DNA from: Hyaloraphidium curvatum SAG 235-1
Lineage: Eukaryota > Fungi > Monoblepharomycota
NCBI GenBank assembly: GCA_025558095.1
Contig: JAIVFI010000005.1
Span: 868,001-932,000 of the forward strand
Reading direction: 5' to 3'
DNA length: 64,000 nucleotides
Shown here: positions 45,928-57,524 of the stretch, in pieces
How the letters are laid out: the number at the start of each line of letters is the position of its first letter
Position numbering within the stretch: position 1 is the first letter of the stretch
Translations under genes and position numbers: made by a program
The notes under the pieces: generated by a model
What the model saw: the letters and a program-made list of their open reading frames with translations, nothing else
Databases searched by the model: none
Told to the model about the DNA's origin: nothing

Positions 45928-47682
45928 ATGGCCTCCCACGGCGGCGCTCACCCGTCCTCCCTCATCGCAGACTACGTCGTGGTCGGCGCGGGCGCGATGG
46001 GTCTTGCTTTCGCCGACGCGCTGCTCTCCGAGTCGCCGACCGCAACCGTCGTGCTCGTCGAGCGGAACGACCGCCCGGGCGGCCACTGGCAGGTGCAAAG
46101 TCGATCAGCTGCTTCGAAAAGCTCTTTTGACGCGTCGGTGGCCCGACAGTCCGCGTATCCCTTCGTCCGGCTGCACCAACCCGCCCAGGTGATCCCCGCA
46201 AAGAGCGCGTCGCGCCGCCCCCCGCTGACCGCCCGAAACAGATATACGGCGTCAACTCCATAGAGCTCGCCCGCGGCACCGTCGACTCCTCCGGCCCCAA
46301 CGCCGGCCTCGAGTCGCTCAGCACGGGCCACGAGCTTCGCGGGTACTGGGAGCGCGTGGTCGACGAGGGGCTGCTGCAGACGGGGCGGTGCACGGCGTTA
46401 TTTTCGCACGATTACGACTTTGCGACGTGCAGGGCGAGGAGCTTGGTGACGGGGGAGAGCGTTGAGATCAAGGCGGCCAAGGTGGTGGACGCGTCCTACT
46501 AGTGAGCAGGCTCTCGACGCGTTTCGCCGCGTTTGAGCCTGAGCGTTCGCGTCGCCAGCACAACGGTGACCTCGGCCATGAAGCCCCCCTCCTTCACCGT
46601 CGCCCCCGACGTCACCTGCATCCCCCCCAACGAGCTCCCGCGCGAAGCCTCCGTCTCTCCCCCGCACTTCTGCGTCATCGGCGGCGGCAAGACCGCCATC
46701 GACTCGGTGTGCTGGCTACGCTCGCGCGGCGTGGCCCCGGCCAAGATCACTTGGACGTTCCCGCGCGACTCGTGGTTCATCTGCCGGGAGGCGCTGCAGG
46801 TGCAGCAGAACATCGCGGAGACGATGAAGAGGCAAGGTCTGGCGGGGCCGGCGATCGCGGCGTGTGCGAGTGCGGCCGAGTGCCTGGAGAAGATGGACGA
46901 GATCGGGGTGCTCGCCAGGCTGGCTCCGGACATCGTGCCGTCCATGTACCACTGGTGTGTGGTGCCGCTCCCCCAACTGCCACGCTCACACATTGACTCA
47001 CTTCGAAACAGCGCCTGTGTCAGTTCCGGCGAGCTCACCCTCCTCCGCTCCGTCACCGACGTCGTCCGCGGGACGAAGGTCGCCGCACTCACCCCGACCT
47101 CGATCAGGTTCGAGGACGGCCGGGAGAAAGAGCTTCCTGCCGGCACGGTGTTCGTGGACTGCACTGCGCAGACGCTTGCCCCGCGGCCCAAGGTGCCGGT
47201 GTTTCAAGGTGGTAAGATCGTGCTGCAGCCCGTATCGGGATGCCAGGTGAGATTCTTCGCGGCCTTCGTGTGATACTGATAATCCATCGTCGTCGCACGA
47301 ACAGCAAGTCTTCTCGGCCGCCCTGATCGGCTACCTCGAGGCTCGTGGGGGCACGGACGAGACCAAGAACGCCCTCTGCGGGCCGGTGCCGCACCCCGAG
47401 GTCCCTCTGGACTTCCTCCGCATCCGGCGGGAAGGCAACGCCAACCTCGTCGCATGTACGTCGGCACCCTCCCCCTCCCTGCCCCGCATCTGATCTCGTG
47501 TTCCAGGGATGCGCGACCCCGCCCTCGTCGTGTGGCTCGGCAAGTCCCGCCTCTTCCTGCTGCGGTACATGTTCCCCTTCCCCGCGGACGAGGTCGCCGC
47601 GGCGGCCTTCGGGCCCGCGGTGGCCGCGGCACTGGAGGCTGAGCTGCCCAAGCTGGACGAGCTGATGGCGGGGGGCCTGTGA
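45928..47682 (+). CDS. FAD/NAD(P)-dependent oxidoreductase, multi-exon
   Basis: DYVVVGAGAMG.AF.D.L, ER..RPGGHW..AYPFVRLHQP, YGVNS, VIGGGKTA.D, VDCTA. Confidence 0.85.
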
Positions 47683-48055
47683 TGCGTGACGGAGGTTGTT
47701 CTCGGGGGATATTGACTGTCATGTCGAGTATGCCGTATTCGCATTGCGCGAAGCTCTATGGATTGCGCGAACCACTTCTTCGAGGCACTTTCCCGGACTT
47801 GCCTTACGGAACCGCGCGCTCGCCAGTCCTCGGCGGAAGGGGCTCCGGGCCGATATTGGGGCGCGGAGGATCGCGTCACCCGCGGCAATCGCTTCCACGC
47901 CTCAATTGTTAGGGGATCCAGCGTTGCCGAAAACCGACCCCTCAGATGACCCAACGCCATGTTTCATGACGCCGGCCAAATGTGCGCAGAAGGGCCCTGA
48001 AAGGGTCCTCCACCCCGCCCGCCCACGATCATCTCCCCCACCGCCCGCCCGCACC

Positions 48056-48395
48056 ATGTCCGATTTGGCGCAACAGTTCGAGCAGGCCGTGGAGGCCATG
48101 AAGTCGCGCACGACGGCCCGGGTCGAGGTGGTTGCCGCCGCCGCCCGAGCTCGACCACGCGCGTGCTCACAACCGACCCGCGGCGCCGGCCCAGGCGGTG
48201 AACAACGACGACCTGCAGGAGCTATATGGGCTATACAAGCAGGCCACCGTCGGGGACATTAACAGCGCGCGGCCGACGGGCTTTCACGACTACACCGGCA
48301 AGGCCAAGTGGGACGCCTGGAACAAGAACAAGGGCATGTCCAAGGAGGATGCTCAGCGGGCATATGTGGACTACACCGCCAGGTTCAGGTACTAG
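48056..48395 (+). CDS. ACB1: Acyl-CoA-binding protein (2 exons)
   Basis: [33 protein letters not shown]. Confidence 0.93.
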
Positions 48396-48946
48396 GGCCG
48401 GCTACGGCGGGTCTTTGTTGGCCGTGCTGGTGGGTGTCCGCAAGATGGGGCCGGGGCGGGGAAGGAGGGGACGAGTCCTCACGTCGGCGATGCAGGTCGA
48501 CGGAGCTTTCTCTTCCTTGAGACTTTCTTGTGAAGGTGGCCACGGCTACCTTAAAGATGGCAGAATGACGCAACTTCTAGTCGGTGACGTCGCTTGACTT
48601 GATCCGGGTCAGCATTGACTTCAGGGACTCGTAGTTTGATTCCTTTCATCCTCGATGAAGGGCCCAATGAAGCTGACGGGGCTGCTCCTTGTCCGCCGCG
48701 GACGTGGGGCGCGTTGGGACGACACACGGGCACGGAGCTCGATGGATACCACGCGGTAGCTTCGGCCGCGGGCAGCCCTTGGGCGTCATTTCAGCAGCTC
48801 GAAATCTGCACGCCCCACGATTCCGTCTTTCTTGCATCGCGCGAGAGGCGAAATGATTGCCGGGGGATTGCCTGGGCTTGCCGCGCTACGCCGCGCGCTC
48901 TTTCCTGTTTCCGCGATCCAACCAACTCCCTCCTCCGTCCGCCGTG

Positions 48947-49759
48947 ATGCCGCCTCCGAACCCGCGCGACCTGCTGATCTTCTCAACCGCGGCGCAACTC
49001 GCCTCCCTCGGCCGCGCCGCCGAGGCCCGCTCGGCGCTGGACTCGCTCGACGCGTCGCTGGCCGCGGACCCGGACCCGCCGCTGGAACTCCGCGCGGCGG
49101 TCAGGGCGATGCGCGCCGAGGTGCTTCTGGCGATGGGCGAGTTTGGGCTGGCGATGGGCGTGCTCGATGGGCTGCTGGCGGAGGACGGGCACGGCGTCGG
49201 CGCTGTTGGGAGGGAGCGGCTGCGGTTCCAGAGGGGCTGCGCGGCGTACGCGCTTTCGAAGCTGGGCGACGTCGACGATTCCGTGCTCGAAACCGCGGTG
49301 GAGGACTTCGACGCGGTGCTGGGGCCCAGGCAGGACCGCCAGGTGGAGGGGCTGGCGGCGGCGCTGGCCGGATTGTCGGCCGCCGCCGGGTTCTCCGCCC
49401 CGGTGATGGGAATGGGCGGTCCAATGGGCGCAATGGGACTCGGTGCAGGGATGGGCATGGGAATGGGAATGGACCCCATGTCCGCCGCCATGGGCTTTCC
49501 CGGCGGAGGCGACCCCTTCTCCACCTCGGACCCCTTTGCCCCGCCCTCGTCCCCGGTGTCGGACAGGGAGAGGGTGATGGCAGCCGGTCTGCGCGGGCTG
49601 CTGACGCTCAGGCTGGGGAGGCCCGGTGCGGAGGCGGATCTGAGGACGTTCGCGGGGATGAAGGGGGTGTTTGAGGGCGTAGAGGGGGGCATGGGGGGGA
49701 CCGCGGGGAGGGTGGGGAAGGAGGTGGACGAGGCGCTGGCGCTGATCGGAGGGATGTGA
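48947..49759 (+). CDS. Hypothetical alpha-helical (TPR-like) protein with Met/Gly-rich insert
   Basis: Intact ORF with TPR-like helices (RFQRG.A.Y, AVEDFDAVL, RGLL.L.LG...AEAD) and an MGMGGPMG...MGM tract. Confidence 0.55.
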   Translation: MPPPNPRDLLIFSTAAQLASLGRAAEARSALDSLDASLAADPDPPLELRAAVRAMRAEVLLAMGEFGLAMGVLDGLLAEDGHGVGAVGRERLRFQRGCAAYALSKLGDVDDSVLETAVEDFDAVLGPRQDRQVEGLAAALAGLSAAAGFSAPVMGMGGPMGAMGLGAGMGMGMGMDPMSAAMGFPGGGDPFSTSDPFAPPSSPVSDRERVMAAGLRGLLTLRLGRPGAEADLRTFAGMKGVFEGVEGGMGGTAGRVGKEVDEALALIGGM

Positions 49760-49930
49760 TGCGTCGATACACCAGCGCTGCTACAATGGAAACCTTTGTC
49801 TGCTCGGATGCGGACGTCGCGCACGGTCCCATCGATTTTCGTCGCGGCGCCCCTCAAACACGGACGTGACCGACGACGAAAGATCCGATTGACCGCCGAA
49901 GACCCTCTTCGCGGACTCACATGCGCGCCC

Positions 49931-50500
49931 TCACGTGTCGCAAACGGTGGGCGCCAGGACCGCGGTCTGGGTTTCAAAGATGATGTCCCAGGAGGTGCAG
50001 GTGTCGCGGGTCGTGCACTGCCCGCTACCGAAGAACACGACGGTGCAGCTGCCGGTGCAGAGCGCCTTGCACGCGTCGAGATCCGCTGCCGCGGCCACGG
50101 CGGAGTTGGCGCCGTCCACGCAGACGACTTTGAGCTGGCACGTCTCCCACACGGGTCCTGCGGGGCGCGGCTGGCCAGTAAGCGGGGGAGGGGCGCGATT
50201 GTTGGTATGGCCCACCGTAGCGCCTGTAAAGCCCGGCGCGGTCGCCCCTGCGATGCAGGACACAGGCAACGGAGCCCTCGGGGGCGCCGGGGTAGCCGTA
50301 CTCGCTGCGGCGGCGCGGTCAGCGCGGTGAGGGCTGTATGTGATCGCGGCAGTCACCAGAACGACGAGGCGCAGCAATCTCAGCACGAGCGGCGGAAGAG
50401 GACTTGGGGATCGGCGCGGGGGGTGGGGCTGGGGCGGTTCAGCGGCGGCGGAGCGGCGGCGGAGGAGCGGACGCGCCTGGCGACAGCGCTCGCGGCTAGG
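49931..50500 (-). pseudogene. Secreted family copy 5, in-frame TGA and no evident start codon
   Basis: LFRRSC*DCCASSF|CEYGYPGAPEGSVAC..GLYRRYG, then PAN-like ACKALC..C..C..C. TGA at 50380-50382; intron 50305-50356. Confidence 0.75.
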
Positions 50501-51642
50501 GCGACCCTAGGACGTTTACGTGCCTGCACTGCTGGTGCTGTTGGTCGAAGAGACGGACCACGAGCACGCGCGCTGGGAGACTAGAAGTGCGTCCGCGCCA
50601 ACCGGACTGCAACGCGGTGGCAGCATCGCCGGCTATTGCTCCACAAGCTGGCGAGAAGAACGAAAAGATCGACGACTTTCCGGCAATCAGGGACCATCCC
50701 AACGGTCCGGCCGCGCGAGGCGCGCCGGCAGCCAAACACCGAGTTGCGTGCTCCTGCTCATAGCCCCATCCGATCTCGTAACCACGGCCGGGTCCATCGT
50801 TGCCCAGAGACCGATGTCAGTGCCCGCCGCACTGATCCGAACGGCGGCGCTGCCCGAGAGGCGGTGCTGCGGGGCTGATCGTGGCCGGCACCGGTCCGCT
50901 TTGTCACTTTGCGATGCGCGAGATCGTTAATGGGCAGTGCCCGCTGGCCGTGGGCTTGCGGATGCTGTCCTCCTGGAGGACCGAGGCGTCCCTGTTTTCG
51001 CTCCCGGTACCCGCGTCCGGGGCAGCGTAGTAGTCTCCTCCGTTGCCGTGCCGTCCGTTCATCGAGTCGCTAAACAGCGCTGGGGACCCAACCTTCGGAC
51101 AACAAAGGTCGCCGCAGGGCGCCAACGCGTCCATCGTCCAATCCCCGCCCGGTCGGCGTCCACTCCGTGCAGACATGGCGCGCACTCCCTGAAGCGTCCT
51201 TCGCGGGCTCTGTTCCAGAAGTGCCGGGGATCAACCCGCTCTTGAAGTTGTGCTGGCGTCGTCCGGCGCGTCCTTTGGGCAAAACGCCGGCAGAACTCCC
51301 AATACATCGTCCGATTAGTGGTTTTGGGAGTCCAAGAAGCCGTCTTGCCCGCGGCACCCCATGGCGGCGCTGCGGCCCAGCACGAGCGTCCCCGGCCCAG
51401 CCTGAGGCCCCGTCCAATCCGGAAGCTCAAATCGCCATCCATCGACCACGGATCGCCTCCGGCTGGATATGCTACGCTGGCGAACACCACAATCCAGATG
51501 CGGCGCCAGACGGGTGCTGCGTCGTCCGTGCGTGTCACCAGCACAGCTTCAGACCCGGCTCGCTCCATCGGAATCCGTTTCCGATAGCCCAACAGCCCCC
51601 CCCCCCCCCCGCACCCCCCCCCCCGCAGCGCGCGCCTCCCGC

Positions 51643-52460
51643 TCACAGCCTGAACCCGAACACCGCGATCCCCCTGTAGAACCTGTTTGTACCCGCCGCC
51701 GCCGCCCACACGATCCACTCCGGCGTCCCCGACCCCCCGTCGGGATCGACCGCCGTGACGATGCTCCCGTTGCTCGCCACGGCGTACAGCACCACCCCGC
51801 CCGCGGTCTCCCGCGCCGCGAGCGACCGGCACCCGGGGAACCCCGTCCGGATCCACCACGCCAGCGGCCACAGCCCCGTGCCGGCGTACCCGGCCGGCAC
51901 GGTGAACTTGAGCAGGCCGCCCATGGGCTGCGCCAGGTCGTTGCACAGGTAGATCGACGCCGTCCCCGTGCGGTTGACCCGCGAAGCCGTGCGGGCTCGT
52001 GGTGTTTGCCAGCCACGAGAAGCCGGCCGTCTGGCCGCGGGGCACGGGGCCGAGGGAGCCGACGCCGAAGAGGCCCGTGATCGAGTTGGAGAATTACATC
52101 CGGTCCCCGAAGATGCCGAGGTACCGGTACGACGACGGGTTGGTCGTCAGCATCGTGCCGTCCCCCAAGCCGCCCCGGCGGGTGTACACGAGGCCGTTGG
52201 GCGGGCCGCCGCCGATCCAAACGTCCTGGCCCGAGGCGACGGCGGTGCGGACGTCCGTGCCGCTGAAGGCCGTCGTGGTGGTGCTGGTGTCGACGTTGCC
52301 GGAGGAGTCGATGAGGGCGACGACGCGCCGGGAGAAGGTGGTGTTGGTGGTCCTCGGCGCCCGCGGCCACCGGCGGCGACCCGTCCGGCTTGCGGAGCAG
52401 CACCTAACCTAACCTCGAACTCGGCGCCGTCCACCGACAGCAGCCGCGCGCCCTGCCCCG
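51643..52460 (-). pseudogene. Decayed beta-propeller-like extracellular domain of bacterial style
   Basis: GNVDTSTTTTAFSGTDVRTAV, IY..ND...GGLLKF, VLYA, N.FYRGIA. TAA at 52094-52096 and a frameshift near 51980. Confidence 0.55.
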
Positions 52461-52766
52461 CAGCCGCAGCGCGCCCGCCCACACGCCGCCGACCATCCCG
52501 GCGGGGTTGCCGACACCCAGTCGCGCGCACTGCCGCCAGCCTCAACCGTGCGGGACGGGGCCGGTGGTCGTCGTCACCGACGTGGTGGTATTCCCTCGCG
52601 GACCCTTCGCCAATCCCCTTGAAATGCGATGTCCGATCTGCCGTCGGCGGCCACCACCAGACAAATCCATTTCTTGTTCTAGCCGGGCCTTTCGCCCCCT
52701 CTCCCCACAAAGAACCCATGCCAAAGACTCATGTCCCCTCCCCGCCACCCTGGTCCGCGCATCCAT

Positions 52767-55126
52767 CTAGACGACCCACGGCTTGAGCCACCTTTCCAGC
52801 ACCAGCAGCTCCCCTTCCTGCGCCGGCAAGCCCCCCAGCCCGCCGTCCTCCCCGTCCCCGGCCGCGATGGCGTTCATGGCCACCCCGGCCTCCGCCATCT
52901 TGCGCCTGAACGCGCCGGCCACCGCGGAAGCTATCAAGGATCGCCGAGTGAGCTCCCACCCATCCGCCGGACAACGGCACCGCGACACCCACCCAGAGGC
53001 TTGAATCGCGCCCCCAGCGCGTCCAAGCACCCAGACACCACCCGCACGTCCTCGGCCCACCCCTCCGCCACCCCCTGCCCCCTGGGCAGCACCACCAACG
53101 CCGACAGCCCCAGCAGCCCGATGTTCAGCAGGCCGGGGAACACCGCGTAGGGCGTCCACGGCAGCCCGGGCTCGGCGAGCAGCAGCGCGCGCGCGATCCG
53201 CAGGCACACGACGGCGGCCTCGAGCACGTCCCTGTAGGCCTGCGTGGCGGCGAACTCGGGCCGGCTGAACTCCAGGTGCCCGCTGAGCCAGTTCTCCATC
53301 GGCATGCAGCGCGCGACGAACAGGTGGGCGAGGAGCGCGTGCGCGTGCGGTTCGCGGGGGAGGTACGCCTGCCAGCCCGCCAGCACCGGCTCGGGCTCGC
53401 CGCGGGCCAGGGGGGCCAGGTCGGCTGGCAGCCCCGCGAAGCACGACCGCGCGATGCCGTCGAGCGCCGCGGCGCCGGACCGGTAGGCCGCCTGCGCCGG
53501 GGTGTCGGAAGCGGGCGGCTGGCTGGCCAGCGCGACGAGGTCCAGGTCCGAGGCGGCGGCGAGGGTGCGCAGCCGGGAGCGGAGGTGCCGCATGAACCAG
53601 CCGACGAAGGGGAGAACGGTGATGCTTGCGCGGCGGGAGCACACGGCCGCGACGGCGCGGCGGGCCTGCTCGCCCATGGGCGTCCAGTCCGCGGTGGCAG
53701 AAAGGTCCAGGAAGGCGCGGCCGTCGGAAGCCTGCTGGATGCGCCACAGAGAAAAGCCATCGGCGGGGTTGGCGTGGTCGAAGAAGAACTCGGACGCAGG
53801 AAGGGGGAGGGGGTGCGAAAAGTAAGGGTATAGGGCGTTACGGCCGACGTAGTAGCTGTACTCGCTGCAAGGCGAAAGCCGGAGAGCCGAAATCGGGCGG
53901 CAGGCAGCGAGCGTCAGCAGGATCCATCGGTTCCGCGGCGCGAGACACCCACGCGTCCAGGCCGGCGAACGACATCCAGCACCGCAGCGCCATCTCGGTC
54001 CGCAGCCACTCGTCCGCCGTCGCCGGGTCCGACTGGCTCCTCACCAGCGACGTCCCCGCCCCGGGCGCGCCCGGCGCCGCGCACACCCTCAGAAGCACCT
54101 GCAGCCCCGGCCGGAACATGTGCGCCACCGTCGGCACGTTCCCCGCCGGCATCAGGTACGAAAACAGGAGGATGATGGTGAGGATGGCCTCGAGGTCCGA
54201 CATGGCGCGGGACCCGGGTGGCCGGTCAAAGTACCCTGCCCTGAGCGCGTCCCTCGCGCGCTCGCAGAACAGCCTGCCGTGCCGCGCGTCGTCGGGCGAC
54301 GGGCCCCACGCCGATACGAACCGGGAGCCGTTCGCCGCGAGCGCGAAGAAAAGGGCGAGCGGCTTGCCCGGGCCAAAGACGGACCCGGTGGTACCCAGCA
54401 GGGCCTGCTCGACGGCGCCGCGGTGCACCATCGGGCCCTGGGGGTGCACGTGGGTCCAGTACGCGTCGACAGCAAGGCGGAGGGCGTCCTCGATCGAGGA
54501 GGCGTTGGCGCCGGGAGCGGCGAGGGGGCGGGGCACGGCGGCAAGGGCGGTGCCGGCGGTGGCGGGGGGCGAGGCAAAAGGGGGTCCCGAGGCGGAAAAC
54601 AGGGGGTTTGGCGACGAGAAAAATCCCCCGCCGGGAGAGTAAGCCGCTCCAGCCCAGGCAAAGTCGTCCGATGGTGGCCGCAGGGCGGGGCGGGCGACCA
54701 CGGCGGCCGGCAGTGGGTCCGGCTTGGCCGCCGGGGACGCCTTCCCCCCGCTGGGAGCCCTGCTGCCCTCATCCTCCTCGTTCTCCTCCTCCGAGGGCTC
54801 CTCACTGTCCTCGCTATCGTCTTCATCGCGCCGCCGCCTTTGTTGCTCGCGCTTCCGCCGCGGCACGCCCGAGGCCTCTGGCACGCACGCGCCTCCCAGC
54901 CGCAAGCACCGCAGGCACGCGTCGTCGTCCGACAGGTACTCGCACTTCTTTTTGAGGCGAGAGCATGTGAGACTATCAAGAAACGCGAGTCACAAAGGCG
55001 ATTTTATCGGAGAGTGAGAGGAGGAGGAGATGGCGTTAGAGGGGCCCGGGAGAACAGGTTACCCGCCCACCAGCTCCGCTTCGCCCGCCTCGTCCGCTTC
55101 GGCGGCGGCACACCCTCTTCCTCCAT
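52767..55126 (-). CDS. Zn(II)2Cys6 fungal transcription factor with middle-homology region, multi-exon
   Basis: RAKRS|C..C.RLKKKC......C.RC..LG..C; AYWTHVHPQGPMVH; E..LRCW. Confidence 0.85.
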
Positions 55127-55614
55127 GCCGCTGCCGTCCCGCCCCCGCCGTCGGGCACGCGTGCGGCGAGCGGACGCCGGGATGCTGTCGGGGGGAAAGC
55201 CCTTGCCACTTTCGAGCCGGCCAGCCGATCGCGGTTCTAGAGCCGGCGGCAAAGCAGGACGCACGCACCCCGCGGACCGCGGCCATGCATTTGGGGGACG
55301 GGCAGCGCAAGGTCACCCATCCGAGCTGCAGGGGCCGGCCCGCCTCGGCCGCCGCCGTTGCGCCCCGGCGGGAACCTAAACAGCGGCGGCCGCCTCATGC
55401 CGCCCCAGGCCACCGTGCCGCCGTGGAGGAGGTCGGAAAATTGCGACCCGCCCCGGAATCCGCTTCCCCGGTCGCCGCCGCACGGATGGGCCTACCGCCG
55501 CGGGACCGGGCACCGCATGTCGGGCCCGACAGGATGGCTGGAGGCTGCATAGCCGGTTTCGGAGGGCGGGCCGAGGGCGGCCCAGATCCCGCACCGCCGC
55601 GCCCGGACCTTGGC

Positions 55615-57448
55615 TCATTTCGGCGTCCGCATCTCCGCAACTCTATCCTGCGCACCGAAACACCGCCCTTCCGCCTACCAGCTACACGGGAGGCTCCATC
55701 CGCCCGCCGATTGCGGCCTCGATCGCCCGCGCGGCGGCGAGCAGCTCCCCGTCCTTCCTGCGGCGCCCGACGAGCTGCACCCCGAACGGCAGGTTCTGGA
55801 GCGGAGGGGGATAGGAGCCGACGGGCAGCGCGACGACGGGTGATTGGGTGAGTGTGATCAGGTCTGCGAGGAGGGAACGCGTTCGGCAGAGTCAGATTCC
55901 CGGCATGTGCTGCCGGCCCCGCAGAGGTCCTGGTGGCAAGTTTTCGCAACCCACACGTGATCGAGATCCACTCGAAGTAGCTCGACATCTTCTTCCCGTC
56001 CACCTCCTCGGGCGCCCACATCTCCGAGTGCGGAAAAGGCGGCGCGGTCGCCGTCGGCACAACGACGATGTCGTACTCCCCGGCGACCTTCTCCTGCCAC
56101 CGCGCAAAGAACAGCGCCGCGTGCGCGTGCGCGGCCATCCGGTCGTGGTACGCGTAGCCCTCGGCCGAGGCGATGTTGGCGGCGACGGGGTACGAGAGCT
56201 TCTCCCTGTTGGCGGGGTTGCGCGCGTCGAACCGCGAGAGGAAGTGCTCCGCGCGCAGCACGGAGAAGACGTCGTGCATGGTCTTGACGTGCGGGGAGGT
56301 TTGGTTGAGGGTGGGGAGGGCGTAGACGGACGCGAGGAGCGCCGAAACGTCGCCCGAGCCGGGGGCAAAGAGGGGCAGCAGCCTGGCGACGGCGCCGGCA
56401 AAGGCCTCCCGCACGAGCGGGTCGACGGCGCACATCCCGCCCAGGTCGGGCGAGAAGCCGACCTTGAGCTTCTTGAGGTCCACGGCGGGGAGCTTGGAAG
56501 GGTGCATCTCTGCTCCCCTGATCCCGGGCCAGCTGAGCGGGTCCCGCGCGTCCTCGGCCGCGATCACCGAAGTGAAGAGCGCGAGGTCCTCGGCGGTGCG
56601 CGCCATCGGGCCTTCCACGCCCAGGGGGGAGAAGAGCAGCGATTTCTTGTGCAGGTCGGGGACCAGCCCGGGGGTGGGGCGGAGGCCTAGGACGGAGCAG
56701 AAGGAGGCGGGGGTGCGGAGCGAGCCGCCCTGCAGGTGGGGGTGTGGGAGGTCAGATCAATCATGTCACCAGATGAAGGCAGCCCACCATGTCGGAGCCG
56801 AGGGCCAGCGGGCACATGAACGCCGAAACGGCGGCGGCGGAGCCGCCCGAGGAGCCGGCCGTGGTGAGCTTGGTATCGAACCTTCCGAGGGGTCAGGCGG
56901 TGTCAAGGCGGCGGACGGCAGACACCCACGGGTTGCCGGTGGCGCCAAAGACGAGGTTGCGCGTATTGGCACCCGCTGAACGTGGAACGGTCAGTCCCGT
57001 CTGGAAGGAGGAACGCCCTCCGGGCGAACCCACCGCCAAACTCGGGGGTGTTCGTCTTGCCCACGATGATCGCCCCCGCCTCCCTCATCCTCGCCACGGG
57101 ATCGCAGTCCTTCTCGGCCGGCGCGGCATCGGCGTACATTAGGCTGCCGTACGTCGTCTTGAGCCCCTTGGCGTCGTTGAGGTCCTTGACGCCGCACGGC
57201 AGCCCGAACAGCGGCGGCAGCGTGTCCGCCGTGCCCCTTTTAATGGCATCGGCCAGCTCGGCGTCCTTCGCGGCGGCCTCGGCGCGCAGAGATCCCTCGT
57301 CGGCGAGCGCGACGAACGCGTTGACCGCCGGGTTGGCGGCGCGGATGCGGGCGAGGCACGAGTCGAGCAGCGCGGACGGGGTGAGCGCGCCCGCGCGGAA
57401 GGCGGCGAGCGCCTCGCTGGCAGAAAGGAGGTGCGGGGCGCGGGGCAT
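55615..57448 (-). CDS. Amidase signature family protein, multi-exon
   Basis: LFGLP.GVKD, GKTNTPEFG, GSSGG, GGSLRTPASFC.V.GLRP. Confidence 0.92.
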
Positions 57449-57524
57449 GGCGGCGGGAGAACGGGGTGGGGGGCAGAACTGGTGGGGGGCACGGCCGATC
57501 GGTTCGACAACTAATTCAAGTACA

